DNA of 64,000 nt, from the IMG/VR virus record IMGVR_UViG_3300012665_000884; one strand, written 5' to 3'. The DNA is from an uncultured virus (IMG/VR IMGVR_UViG_3300012665_000884). Taxonomy: Duplodnaviria > Heunggongvirae > Uroviricota > Caudoviricetes. Shown piece after piece: positions 46,495 through 55,599 of the stretch. Numbering within the stretch: position 1 is the first letter of the stretch; each line of letters begins with the position of its first letter. The notes under the pieces are model-generated. The model saw nothing but the letters and a program-made list of their open reading frames with translations, made no database searches and was not told the origin of the DNA. A program made the translations under genes and the position numbers.

Positions 46495-48885
46495 ATGGCA
46501 ACTAATTCAAACTTCATAGTAAAAAATGGATTGACTGTAGGTAGCACAGCAGTCATTAATTCAAGTGGCGCTTGGGTAGGATCATCATCTGGTCTAGTAG
46601 GTCCTCAAGGTCCACAGGGCGCTACAGGATCCGCAGGACCACAAGGCTCTGCTGGACCACAAGGACCAACAGGCGGTGCAGGACCTCAGGGCGCACAAGG
46701 TGTTTCTGGACCACAAGGCGGTCAGGGCTTGACGGGACCAACAGGACCACAAGGTGCGCAGGGCGGCGCGGGACCAACAGGACCTCAAGGCGCACAAGGA
46801 ACAACAGGATCAACTGGGCCAACAGGACCAACTGGCCCAACAGGTGCGCAAGGTCTAACTGGTCCCGCAGGTCCACAAGGCGCACAAGGAGGAACTGGAG
46901 CAACGGGACCTCAAGGCGCACAAGGAGGAACTGGAGCAACGGGACCTCAAGGCGCACAAGGCGCACAAGGCGGCGCAGGACCAACAGGACCCCAAGGCGG
47001 ACAAGGCGCACAAGGCGGCGCAGGACCAACAGGACCCCAAGGCGCACAAGGCGCACAAGGTCCATCTGGCGTTGCACCAAACTTTACAAGTTCAATATCA
47101 TCAAATCCACTTGATGCAAACTCACCGACAACAGTAAATGCTATTGGTTACGTTAACACAAACAGTTCTTTGTTTGGTCAATCAGATGGTGGTTTGTATG
47201 TTGCTGGATACAGTACATCTTGGTATCATCAAATTTTTGGTGACTTCCGCACTGGACAAATTGCAATACGNNNNNNNNNNNNNNNNNNNNNNNNNNNNNN
47301 NNNNNNNNNNNNNNNNNNNNNNNNNNNNNNNNNNNNNNNNNNNNNNNNNNNNNNNNNNNNNNNNNNNNNNNNNNNNNNNNNNNNNNNNNNNNNNNNNNNN
47401 NNNNNNNNNNNNNNNNNNNNNNNNNNNNNNNNNNNNNNNNNNNNNNNNNNNNNNNNNNNNNNNNNNNNNNNNNNNNNNNNNNNNNNNNNNNNNNNNNNNN
47501 NNNNNNNNNNNNNNNNNNNNNNNNNNNNNNNNNNNNNNNNNNNNNNNNNNNNNNNNNNNNNNNNNNNNNNNNNNNNNNNNNNNNNNNNNNNNNNNNNNNN
47601 NNNNNNNNNNNNNNNNNNNNNNNNNNNNNNNNNNNNNNNNNNNNNNNNNNNNNNNNNNNNNNNNNNNNNNNNNNNNNNNNNNNNNNNNNNNNNNNNNNNN
47701 NNNNNNNNNNNNNNNNNNNNNNNNNNNNNNNNNNNNNNNNNNNNNNNNNNNNNNNNNNNNNNNNNNNNNNNNNNNNNNNNNNNNNNNNNNNNNNNNNNNN
47801 NNNNNNNNNNNNNNNNNNNNNNNNNNNNNNNNNNNNNNNNNNNNNNNNNNNNNNNNNNNNNNNNNNNNNNNNNNNNNNNNNNNNNNNNNNNNNNNNNNNN
47901 NNNNNNNNNNNNNNNNNNNNNNNNNNNNNNNNNNNNNNNNNCTGCCAACTTTACCAACTATGCGCCTGGCTCCGGTTCGAACTGGACATTTGGTGATGTG
48001 TACGCAAACAGTTGGCTTCGCAATAATAACTCCAAAACTGGGCTTTATAACCAAGCTACTAGCAATCACTGGTATTCTGACGGTCAATATTGGAACGTAG
48101 GATATTCTGGAACTACTGGTATTCGTCTTCGCAACGGCTTTGATGGAACAGTCATGGGTTACTTATATGGCGAAACTAACAATAACTTTGGTTTATTGCA
48201 TAGTGGCGGCGGTTGGTCTGTACAGATTTATGCTGGCGGCAGCGGATATCTACATGGAACATGGAACGGCGGAAACATTCGGGCACAGCGTGCAAACGGT
48301 AACTTTTATATTGATGACAACTATGGTAACGGTATTGTAGGCGTTTACAGTTCATATCGTTATCAAATGGTGTTCGCTATGGGCGATTCATACAAGATGT
48401 CGGCTGATGGAACAGGTCTTGACAATATGTACGGTATTGGATGGTCTCATCCAAACGCTGGTGGCGCGGCAGGCAATCTGAGTGACCACGGTTTGCTCAT
48501 CATCAACAATGGTACATTTCGTTGTGCAATTTCCAACGCTATAGTTGCCGCATCTAACATCACTGCATATTCTGATGAACGATTAAAAACCAACTGGCGT
48601 GATATGCCAGAAAACTTCGTTGCTCGTTTATCTCAAGTTAAAGTTGGTATCTATGATCGTATAGATGAAGAATATATAACACAAGTTGGTGTGTCTGCAC
48701 AGTCTTTACAGAAATTGTTACCTAATTCGATTATGACAGCTAAAGATGATATGCAAACACTATCAGTAAACTATGGCGGTGCCGCTCTTGCATCCGCCGT
48801 TGAACTCGCAAAAGATAACGTAGAACTTCGCAGTAGAATTGAAAAACTCGAAGTTCTTGTTCTTTCACTCTTAAATAAGGAATAA
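46495..48885 (+). CDS. collagen-like tail fibre 3 with C-terminal S74 chaperone (interrupted by N gap; continuity not proven)
   Basis: Same head; Gly-X-Y run at about 46600-47070; AYSDERLK after the gap in the same nominal frame. Confidence 0.75.
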   Translation: MATNSNFIVKNGLTVGSTAVINSSGAWVGSSSGLVGPQGPQGATGSAGPQGSAGPQGPTGGAGPQGAQGVSGPQGGQGLTGPTGPQGAQGGAGPTGPQGAQGTTGSTGPTGPTGPTGAQGLTGPAGPQGAQGGTGATGPQGAQGGTGATGPQGAQGAQGGAGPTGPQGGQGAQGGAGPTGPQGAQGAQGPSGVAPNFTSSISSNPLDANSPTTVNAIGYVNTNSSLFGQSDGGLYVAGYSTSWYHQIFGDFRTGQIAIXXXXXXXXXXXXXXXXXXXXXXXXXXXXXXXXXXXXXXXXXXXXXXXXXXXXXXXXXXXXXXXXXXXXXXXXXXXXXXXXXXXXXXXXXXXXXXXXXXXXXXXXXXXXXXXXXXXXXXXXXXXXXXXXXXXXXXXXXXXXXXXXXXXXXXXXXXXXXXXXXXXXXXXXXXXXXXXXXXXXXXXXXXXXXXXXXXXXXXXXXXXXXXXXXXXXXXXXXXXXXXXXXANFTNYAPGSGSNWTFGDVYANSWLRNNNSKTGLYNQATSNHWYSDGQYWNVGYSGTTGIRLRNGFDGTVMGYLYGETNNNFGLLHSGGGWSVQIYAGGSGYLHGTWNGGNIRAQRANGNFYIDDNYGNGIVGVYSSYRYQMVFAMGDSYKMSADGTGLDNMYGIGWSHPNAGGAAGNLSDHGLLIINNGTFRCAISNAIVAASNITAYSDERLKTNWRDMPENFVARLSQVKVGIYDRIDEEYITQVGVSAQSLQKLLPNSIMTAKDDMQTLSVNYGGAALASAVELAKDNVELRSRIEKLEVLVLSLLNKE
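47271..47941. other. assembly gap (671 N)
   Basis: Run of N. Confidence 1.
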
Positions 48886-48887
48886 TT

Positions 48888-49259
48888 ATGACAATCGAAG
48901 CGGCAGCACAACCAAGTGGTTTCACGGCATCTTTCACAATTAAAGTTACGGGTCTACGTACAGCTACAGTCGGAGATAAAACTCACGTAGTTAAACACGT
49001 AGAGTGGAATATAATTGGAGAAGAAAGTGGTCAAAAGTTTGAATTACCACAAACTACACAACTTCCGGATCCCGATGGACAGACATTTATTGAATTCGCA
49101 AATTTAACAGAAACAGAAGTGATTCAATGGATTGAGGCTAATGACTTGCGCATTCCAGGTATCAAAGGACACATCCAAAATGTGATTGATAGAGAAGTTG
49201 CTAAGTCTACTTTAACTACAGCATTAATACCTTGGGAATCAGCTCCTGAAGTTGTATAA
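48888..49259 (+). CDS. small fibre-associated protein (paralog of 49289)
   Basis: FIEFANLTETEVIQWI..IPW motif shared with next ORF; SD AAGGA. Confidence 0.75.
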   Translation: MTIEAAAQPSGFTASFTIKVTGLRTATVGDKTHVVKHVEWNIIGEESGQKFELPQTTQLPDPDGQTFIEFANLTETEVIQWIEANDLRIPGIKGHIQNVIDREVAKSTLTTALIPWESAPEVV

Positions 49260-49288
49260 GAATCTAAATAATTTTAGGAGAAAAAATA

Positions 49289-49699
49289 ATGACACCAAAT
49301 ACAAACTCAACAATATCTACACAACCATATGTAAGTCCATTCACATACAAATATGAAGTGACTGGATTAAAAGTCAAAGACGAAGGTTCAAATACCAGCG
49401 CAGTTGTTCAAACATATTGGAAAATAACTGGTACAGATGAAGATGGTAACGAAGGCACTTTCAGTGGTGCTACACCATTCACATCAACAACCATGCCAGA
49501 AGGCGACACATTCCTTCCATTCGAAGAGTTAACTGAACAAATTGTTATTGGTTGGATTCAAGATGTGGTTGAGGTTAATAACACAGGATTTCAAAAACAT
49601 ATTGATGAACAAATCCAAAAACAAATTGACCAAAAGATTACTCCAATCAAAGAAGTAACATTGCCTTGGGCACCAGCGGCATCCGCAAATACTATATAA
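49289..49699 (+). CDS. small fibre-associated protein (paralog of 48888)
   Basis: FLPFEELTEQIVIGWI..LPW; SD AGGAG. Confidence 0.75.
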   Translation: MTPNTNSTISTQPYVSPFTYKYEVTGLKVKDEGSNTSAVVQTYWKITGTDEDGNEGTFSGATPFTSTTMPEGDTFLPFEELTEQIVIGWIQDVVEVNNTGFQKHIDEQIQKQIDQKITPIKEVTLPWAPAASANTI

Positions 49700-49731
49700 C
49701 AGTATAATCATTTTACATAAGGAACACTGAA

Positions 49732-49929
49732 ATGAATCAACCTAAAAACGACACAAAAATTAATCTATCAGTAACAATTGAAGAATTGAACATCATCTTT
49801 GGTGGTTTGGAAGAAGTTCCACACAAATTCTCACGCAAAGTTATTGACAGTTTGAGCCAACAAGCACAACCGCAGGTAAATGCACAGCAAGGTCCAACAG
49901 GTCCTTTGCAAGATAAAGTAATCCAGTAA
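49732..49929 (+). CDS. small hypothetical protein
   Basis: 65 aa, SD AAGGA. Confidence 0.65.
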   Translation: MNQPKNDTKINLSVTIEELNIIFGGLEEVPHKFSRKVIDSLSQQAQPQVNAQQGPTGPLQDKVIQ

Positions 49930-49943
49930 AAAGGATTTACATT

Positions 49944-50519
49944 ATGAACGGTGAATGGGCATACTATAAGTCCCATTTCACACCTGAAGAATGCCAGAAA
50001 ATTTTGGATGACAGTGCATTATTGTCATCGCAAAGAGCAAACATGGGCGTGGATGGAGAAGTGAAACATGAAGAATATCGCAGAAGTGATATTAAATTCA
50101 TTCAGAGAAGTGACGAAAGATTCACTTGGCTGTACGACAAATTGTGGAAAATGTTAATCGAGGTCAATGACCAATGGTTCAATTTTCATATTACAAAAGT
50201 TGATTACATGCAACTTGCTGAGTACTCAGAAAAAGACATGGGTGAATATAAAAAACATCATGATGTTTTCTGGATGAATGGTGATCCGAAGTATCACAGA
50301 AAATTAACATGTGTAATTCAACTAACTGATCCTTCAGAATATGAAGGTGGTGAATTGGAGTTGTACAATCTAGCACAAAATGCACCAGATGTACAAGAAT
50401 TGCGTCAGCAAGGCACAACAATTTTCTTCCCATCATTCACCGAACATGCCGCTTTGCCAGTTACCAAAGGCACTCGACATTCATTAGCAATTTGGTTTGA
50501 TGGTCCAAAGTGGAGATAA
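49944..50519 (+). CDS. 2OG-Fe(II) oxygenase (PKHD/prolyl-hydroxylase-like)
   Basis: HHD..RKLTCVIQL..YEGGEL..FFPSFTEH..PVTKGTRHSL (HxD..H..RxS). Confidence 0.92.
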   Translation: MNGEWAYYKSHFTPEECQKILDDSALLSSQRANMGVDGEVKHEEYRRSDIKFIQRSDERFTWLYDKLWKMLIEVNDQWFNFHITKVDYMQLAEYSEKDMGEYKKHHDVFWMNGDPKYHRKLTCVIQLTDPSEYEGGELELYNLAQNAPDVQELRQQGTTIFFPSFTEHAALPVTKGTRHSLAIWFDGPKWR

Positions 50520-50520
50520 T

Positions 50521-51075
50521 ATGAAAACTAATATAATTGTTGTGGATGATTTCTACAACAATCCAGATGAAGTCAGAAACTTTGCATTGTCACAATCATT
50601 CGATGTTACAGGAAATTATCCAGGCAACCGCACGAAGAGTTTTCTAAACGATAGTGTCAAAGAAACACTACAGAATATTCTTCGCACACATGGCGGTAAT
50701 GTAACAAACTGGAATGACAATGATGGATTCACAGGTAGTTTTCAAATCACAACATCATTAGATAGAAGTTGGATTCATTCTGATCCATACAATACTTGGG
50801 CGGCAGTATGTTATCTAACGCCAGATGCACCACTGTCAGGTGGCACTTCGTTATATCAACTGAAGAAAACAGGTAGCATGATTGAAGATGGCACAGATTT
50901 GGCAGGTGTAACTCAAGACATGACTAAGTGGGACAAAGTTGATACTATTGGAAACAAGTACAATAGGCTTGCATTGTATCGCGGTAATATCTACCATATG
51001 TCAGAAGACTATTTTGGTAACACAGCAGATAATGGTAGATTGTTCCAGTTGTTCTTCATAACGACAGAATTCTAA
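50521..51075 (+). CDS. DUF6445-like, probable 2OG-Fe(II) oxygenase fold
   Basis: IIVVDDFYNNPDEVR..YPGNR..WIHSD..WAAVCYL..YNRL..YH..GRLFQLFF; ATG at 50521 after SD GGAG. Confidence 0.75.
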   Translation: MKTNIIVVDDFYNNPDEVRNFALSQSFDVTGNYPGNRTKSFLNDSVKETLQNILRTHGGNVTNWNDNDGFTGSFQITTSLDRSWIHSDPYNTWAAVCYLTPDAPLSGGTSLYQLKKTGSMIEDGTDLAGVTQDMTKWDKVDTIGNKYNRLALYRGNIYHMSEDYFGNTADNGRLFQLFFITTEF

Positions 51076-51076
51076 T

Positions 51077-51832
51077 ATGAAAATTTGTAGGGTTGTATTT
51101 TCTACTAATAGACCAGAGTTCTTAATCCCGACTTTAGAATCACATAAAAAATTTATTGATTTTGGTAACCACGAAGTTCATAGTATCCTGATTGACGATT
51201 ATCCTAAAGATAGAGACAATCAGGATATGATTAATTTAGCCAAACAATATGATTTCAATGAACTGATTCTCCATGAAGAAAATCGAGGACTAACATTAAC
51301 TTGGACTCAATTGTGGGAATATCTTTCAAAGCACGACTTTGATTACATCTGGCACCATGAAGATGATGTTGTTTTTGGTGTGCCAGTTAAGATTCAAACG
51401 TTGATTGAGTTTCTAGAACAACATTCAAATTTTTGCCAAGTGAATCTGAAAAGAAATCCATGGTATGAAAAAGAGTTGGATGAATCGCCTATTTTACATA
51501 CAGATTTATTTTGGAATGATTACAGATACAATGTTCGTGATGACTTCTTTTGGTCAATGGCATCATTATATCCCGCATGGTTATGCAAAGAACCTATAGT
51601 TGAGACTGAGGGTTGCAACCTAGCAGAGTATCCAATTATGAAATATTTTAAGGAAAAGCACAATCTACAGATGGCTATCCTTAAGAATATGGATGGCTCA
51701 AACATGGTAGAACACATCGGAGTATACTCTCAAGGCAAACGTGTCTTAGAAGGAGAACCTGGATGGGAAGGTTTTAAATGGTTTGATCCAAACAAAAAGT
51801 ATGATTCGAAGTCTGGACAACTTTTCGAATGA
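51077..51832 (+). CDS. glycosyltransferase family 2-like protein
   Basis: STNRPEFL..LIDD..NRGL..W..FDYIWHHEDD..VEHIG GT-A pattern. Confidence 0.8.
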   Translation: MKICRVVFSTNRPEFLIPTLESHKKFIDFGNHEVHSILIDDYPKDRDNQDMINLAKQYDFNELILHEENRGLTLTWTQLWEYLSKHDFDYIWHHEDDVVFGVPVKIQTLIEFLEQHSNFCQVNLKRNPWYEKELDESPILHTDLFWNDYRYNVRDDFFWSMASLYPAWLCKEPIVETEGCNLAEYPIMKYFKEKHNLQMAILKNMDGSNMVEHIGVYSQGKRVLEGEPGWEGFKWFDPNKKYDSKSGQLFE

Positions 51833-51840
51833 TATAAATA
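51833..51840 (+). promoter_or_regulatory. T4-type late promoter for neck genes
   Basis: Perfect TATAAATA 23 nt before gp13. Confidence 0.8.
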
Positions 51841-51863
51841 CCTAATAAACTACGGGTACTATA

Positions 51864-52817
51864 ATGGCTAAACCTACAACCAGAGCAGAATTTAAAGAAT
51901 ATTGTCTACGCAGACTTGGACATCCAGTTATTCAAATTAACGTGGATGACGACCAAGTGGATGACCGTATTGATGATGCACTATCATTCTTTCACGATTA
52001 TCATTTTGATGGTTGCGAGAAGATGTTTATGAAGCATCAAATCACACAGGCAGACAAAGACCGTAAATGGATTTATTGTCCAGATGCTGTTATCTCTGTC
52101 ACAGGGATTATGCCATTCGATTCATCGTCATCATCAGTCAACATGTTTGACTTGCGTTATCAACTACGTTTGCATGATTTGTATGACTTCACATCGGTAT
52201 CTTACGTATCATATGAAATCACAATGCAACATATCCAGACTTTAAATATGTTGTTCTCTGGTACTCCACAGTTCAGATTTAACCGCAAACAAAACAAAGT
52301 ATTCTTAGATGTTAACTGGGACACAGATTTACAAGTTGGTGAATACGTTGTTCTTGAATGTTACCGTAAATTAAGTCCTGATGTTTTCACTGTGTCGGGT
52401 ACAGTCAATACTTCCAATTCATCCAATACAGTCATCGGCACAGGCACAGTCTTCTCCCGTGACGTTGTTATCGGAGACTATATTACATTTGGTTCAGAAT
52501 CTAAACGTGTTATTAACATTCAGAGTGATACATCACTGAATGTAGATTCATATTTTGCATCGTCAGAATCTGGTGCAACAGCATCCAAAGAAGGTGCATC
52601 GGATGTTTGGGATGACAGATTCTTAAAAGCATATGCAACAGCCAAGATTAAATATCAGTGGGGTTCTAACTTATCTAAGTTTGCTGGAATTCAAATGCCA
52701 GGTGGTGTCACACTGGATGGACCACGCATCATGCAAGAAGCACATGATGAAATTGAAAAGTTGGAAGAAGAACAACACACAATGAGCAGCCTACCAAGCG
52801 AAATCTTTGTAGGATAA
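51864..52817 (+). CDS. 13: neck protein gp13
   Basis: YCLRRLGHPVIQINVDDDQ, KYQWGSNLSKF.GIQMPGGVTLDG. Confidence 0.95.
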   Translation: MAKPTTRAEFKEYCLRRLGHPVIQINVDDDQVDDRIDDALSFFHDYHFDGCEKMFMKHQITQADKDRKWIYCPDAVISVTGIMPFDSSSSSVNMFDLRYQLRLHDLYDFTSVSYVSYEITMQHIQTLNMLFSGTPQFRFNRKQNKVFLDVNWDTDLQVGEYVVLECYRKLSPDVFTVSGTVNTSNSSNTVIGTGTVFSRDVVIGDYITFGSESKRVINIQSDTSLNVDSYFASSESGATASKEGASDVWDDRFLKAYATAKIKYQWGSNLSKFAGIQMPGGVTLDGPRIMQEAHDEIEKLEEEQHTMSSLPSEIFVG

Positions 52818-52819
52818 CA

Positions 52820-53731
52820 ATGGCAACTAATTTCTATTTCAATAACTTCCCTCAGCATCAAATTACCAGTGAGCAATTACTGGTTGAAGATTTGTTGATT
52901 GAAGCCATGCAAATTCACGGTATGGATGTATTCTATTTGCCTAGAATGTCTCAAGAAAATAATAATACGGACATGCTGTATGGTGAAGATACTCTGAAGC
53001 AATATCGTAATGCATATTCAATAGAGATGTATTTGGAGAATGTAACTGGTATGGATGGTGAAGGCGACTTTATCTCCAAGTTTGGATTAGAAATTCGTGA
53101 TGAAGTTACCCTATTAGTTTCTCGCCGTAGATTTGCTGCCACTGTAAACCAAATTAGACCTAATGAAGGCGATTTGGTTTACTTGCCTATGTTACAAAAT
53201 TTCTTCGAGATTACATTCGTTGAACATGAAAACAACCAAGCGATGTTCTATACATTAGGTCGTGGACGTGGAGGAAACGTTTATGTGTATGCACTGAAGA
53301 TGAAACAGTTTGTATTCTCCGAAGAAATTATCCAGACTGGTATTTCAGAAATTGATAATCAAATCTTCGATTCGTATAAGAGAACTCATATTTCTGTGGC
53401 AAATACAACAGTATTCCCAGCAGGAACAGGATCGTTTGTGCCAGGAGAAACAATCTATCAAGGTAATACACTACAAACTGCAACAGCAACGGCCGTTGTA
53501 TATTCATATGAACCACATTCAGCGGTAAATATTATCCGAATGAATGGTGAGTTTGTTTCTGGTAACATACGTGGTGTAACAAGCCAATCTCTAAGATCAG
53601 TTACGCTAGTAAACACAGATACACAAGTTGGCAATGATATTTTTGAAGATATTGCCGATAACACAAGGCTTCAAACTGAAGGAGATGATATTATCGACTT
53701 CACGGAGCAAAACCCATTTGGTGAGGCATAA
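52820..53731 (+). CDS. 14: neck protein gp14
   Basis: EQLLVEDL..GMDVFYLPR, SKFGLEIRDE, RPNEGDLVY, DFTEQNPFG. Confidence 0.95.
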   Translation: MATNFYFNNFPQHQITSEQLLVEDLLIEAMQIHGMDVFYLPRMSQENNNTDMLYGEDTLKQYRNAYSIEMYLENVTGMDGEGDFISKFGLEIRDEVTLLVSRRRFAATVNQIRPNEGDLVYLPMLQNFFEITFVEHENNQAMFYTLGRGRGGNVYVYALKMKQFVFSEEIIQTGISEIDNQIFDSYKRTHISVANTTVFPAGTGSFVPGETIYQGNTLQTATATAVVYSYEPHSAVNIIRMNGEFVSGNIRGVTSQSLRSVTLVNTDTQVGNDIFEDIADNTRLQTEGDDIIDFTEQNPFGEA

Positions 53732-54759
53732 TGTTAGGCAACAATCATTTTTACAATAAAACTATTCGAAAAGTAGTAGTTGCTTTTGGTACAGTTTTCA
53801 ACGACCTAGTTTTGGTTCGTTACAATAAGTCGGGCACTACCGAGTATGATAGAACCAGGGTGCCTCTTTCTTATGGATCCAAAGAGAAATATCTAACTCG
53901 ACTTGCATCTGATCCAACATTAACGAAATCAATTGCTACAGTTGTTCCGCGTATGTCTTTCGATTTGGTTAGTATGGAATACGATTCATCTCGTAAATTT
54001 AATACAATCAATAAAAATTATGCACAACAAACAGATGGATCCATCAAAGCACAATACGCTCCAGTTCCATACAACTTTGAGTTTGAGATGGCAATCTATG
54101 TACGCAATACAGAAGATGGCACACAAATTCTTGAACAAATTCTACCATATTTTACTCCAGACTTCACGGTAACTGTGAATTTTATTCCATCAATTGGAAG
54201 AAAATATGACATGCCTATTATTCTCAACTCAGTGACTTCACAAGTTGATTATGAAGGAGACATGTCAACAACACGTTTGATTATTTGGAACTTATCGTTC
54301 ACTGCCAAAGGGTATATTTTTCCATCTGTTGCTACTGCTGGAATGATTGAATCTGCCAACACAAACATCTATCAAGATACACGTGACACTTTATCACAAA
54401 CTGTATATGTCGATTCTGCTAATGGATCGGGAGTGTTTGTTACAGGCGAAATTGTGCGTGAACAATCCAAAGGTAAGACTGGAACTGTTGCATATTTTGC
54501 AAACAATAATACAGGAACATTAGTTGTCACAGATTTAAATACTCTACTTGACGAGAATGATGTTCTTGTTGGAGATTACTCTAATGCTTATTATATCATA
54601 GATACTGTAGATTTGAATCCTGTTAAGTCTGTTGTCGTAACTACAACAACTAATCCAACAACTGCAAATGCCACAGACAATTTTGGTTTCACAGAAACTA
54701 TAATTGAGTTTCCTGAAACTATTTCATTCAGCGATAGTGGTCAGGGTGGTGGTGTATGA
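53731..54759 (+). CDS. 15: tail sheath stabilizer/terminator gp15
   Basis: FYNKTIRKVVVAFGTVFN, VPRMSF, QILEQILPYF. Confidence 0.95.
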   Translation: MLGNNHFYNKTIRKVVVAFGTVFNDLVLVRYNKSGTTEYDRTRVPLSYGSKEKYLTRLASDPTLTKSIATVVPRMSFDLVSMEYDSSRKFNTINKNYAQQTDGSIKAQYAPVPYNFEFEMAIYVRNTEDGTQILEQILPYFTPDFTVTVNFIPSIGRKYDMPIILNSVTSQVDYEGDMSTTRLIIWNLSFTAKGYIFPSVATAGMIESANTNIYQDTRDTLSQTVYVDSANGSGVFVTGEIVREQSKGKTGTVAYFANNNTGTLVVTDLNTLLDENDVLVGDYSNAYYIIDTVDLNPVKSVVVTTTTNPTTANATDNFGFTETIIEFPETISFSDSGQGGGV

Positions 54760-55157
54760 AACAATTAGATTCAAACTTGGCAGATATTTTTGGCATAGAA
54801 AACATTCCTGCCGAAGAAGTTATTGCCATAAATACATTAATGGTGCCAGAAGATACATCACCTGAGGCTGACTTTGAATTTGCACGTAAAAACATGCGTG
54901 AACTTTTACAAAAAGGTAGTAAAGCGGTAGACAAAATTTTGTTGGTAGCGGATGCTACTGACCATCCAAGAGCATATGAAGTTGCATCAAACATGATTAA
55001 GCAACTCGGAGATATGAATAAAGATTTGCTTGCTCTACAAAAGGCACGTAGAGATTTGTCACCAGATGCAGTCCAAAAAACAACAGTCAATGTTGATAAA
55101 GCAGTGTTCGTAGGCTCCACAGCAGACTTGATTAAACAAATAAAACAAATAGGATAA
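54756..55157 (+). CDS. 16: terminase small subunit gp16
   Basis: DFEFARKNM..HPRAYEV..VFVGSTADL. Confidence 0.93.
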   Translation: MKQLDSNLADIFGIENIPAEEVIAINTLMVPEDTSPEADFEFARKNMRELLQKGSKAVDKILLVADATDHPRAYEVASNMIKQLGDMNKDLLALQKARRDLSPDAVQKTTVNVDKAVFVGSTADLIKQIKQIG

Positions 55158-55159
55158 AC

Positions 55160-55594
55160 ATGGAACAACTAATTCAACAACTACGTACCATCCTAGGTAC
55201 AAACTTTGGTCTTTATGCTAAATCACATTCATACCACTGGAACGTAGAGGGCGCAAATTTTAATGATTATCATGCATTCTTAGGTGCATTTTACACAGCG
55301 GTGTTTGCAAACACAGACTTAATTGCAGAAAAAGTTCGTATGCTTGGAGCATATGCTCCTACAGGTTTAAATCGTTTGGTTGAACTATCAGATATCGAAG
55401 ATTCGCCAAACGTACCCGATGCTAGAACTATGTTTTCTAATTTGATTCAAGATAATGATCGTTTTATTTACCATCTCCGTGCTGGTATACAAGCAGCCGA
55501 TAATGCAGGTGAGCCAGCAATTTCTAACTTCCTACAAGAATTGCTCGACCAACATCAAAAACATGCATGGATGTTGAAGAGTATTATTAAGTAA
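55160..55594 (+). CDS. dps: Dps-like ferritin (DNA protection during starvation)
   Basis: HSYHWNVEG..F..YH..Y..DLIAEKVRMLG ferroxidase motif; KHAWML C-terminus. Confidence 0.92.
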   Translation: MEQLIQQLRTILGTNFGLYAKSHSYHWNVEGANFNDYHAFLGAFYTAVFANTDLIAEKVRMLGAYAPTGLNRLVELSDIEDSPNVPDARTMFSNLIQDNDRFIYHLRAGIQAADNAGEPAISNFLQELLDQHQKHAWMLKSIIK

Positions 55595-55599
55595 ATAAT

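Noticed and set aside
41913..47070. Dense short DNA repeats (GGACCACAAGGCGCACAA) that could suggest a CRISPR or satellite array
   Set aside because: They are in-frame Gly-X-Y codons with synonymous variation and no unique spacers
41885..47114. Arg/Thr-rich and Cys/Pro-rich ORFs overlapping the collagen regions
   Set aside because: Frame-shifted or antisense translations of the collagen repeats
41808..48885. Diversity-generating retroelement or invertible fibre cassette
   Set aside because: No reverse transcriptase or recombinase in the window, no adenine-specific repeat pair seen, and all fibres are co-oriented; the N gap cannot be assessed
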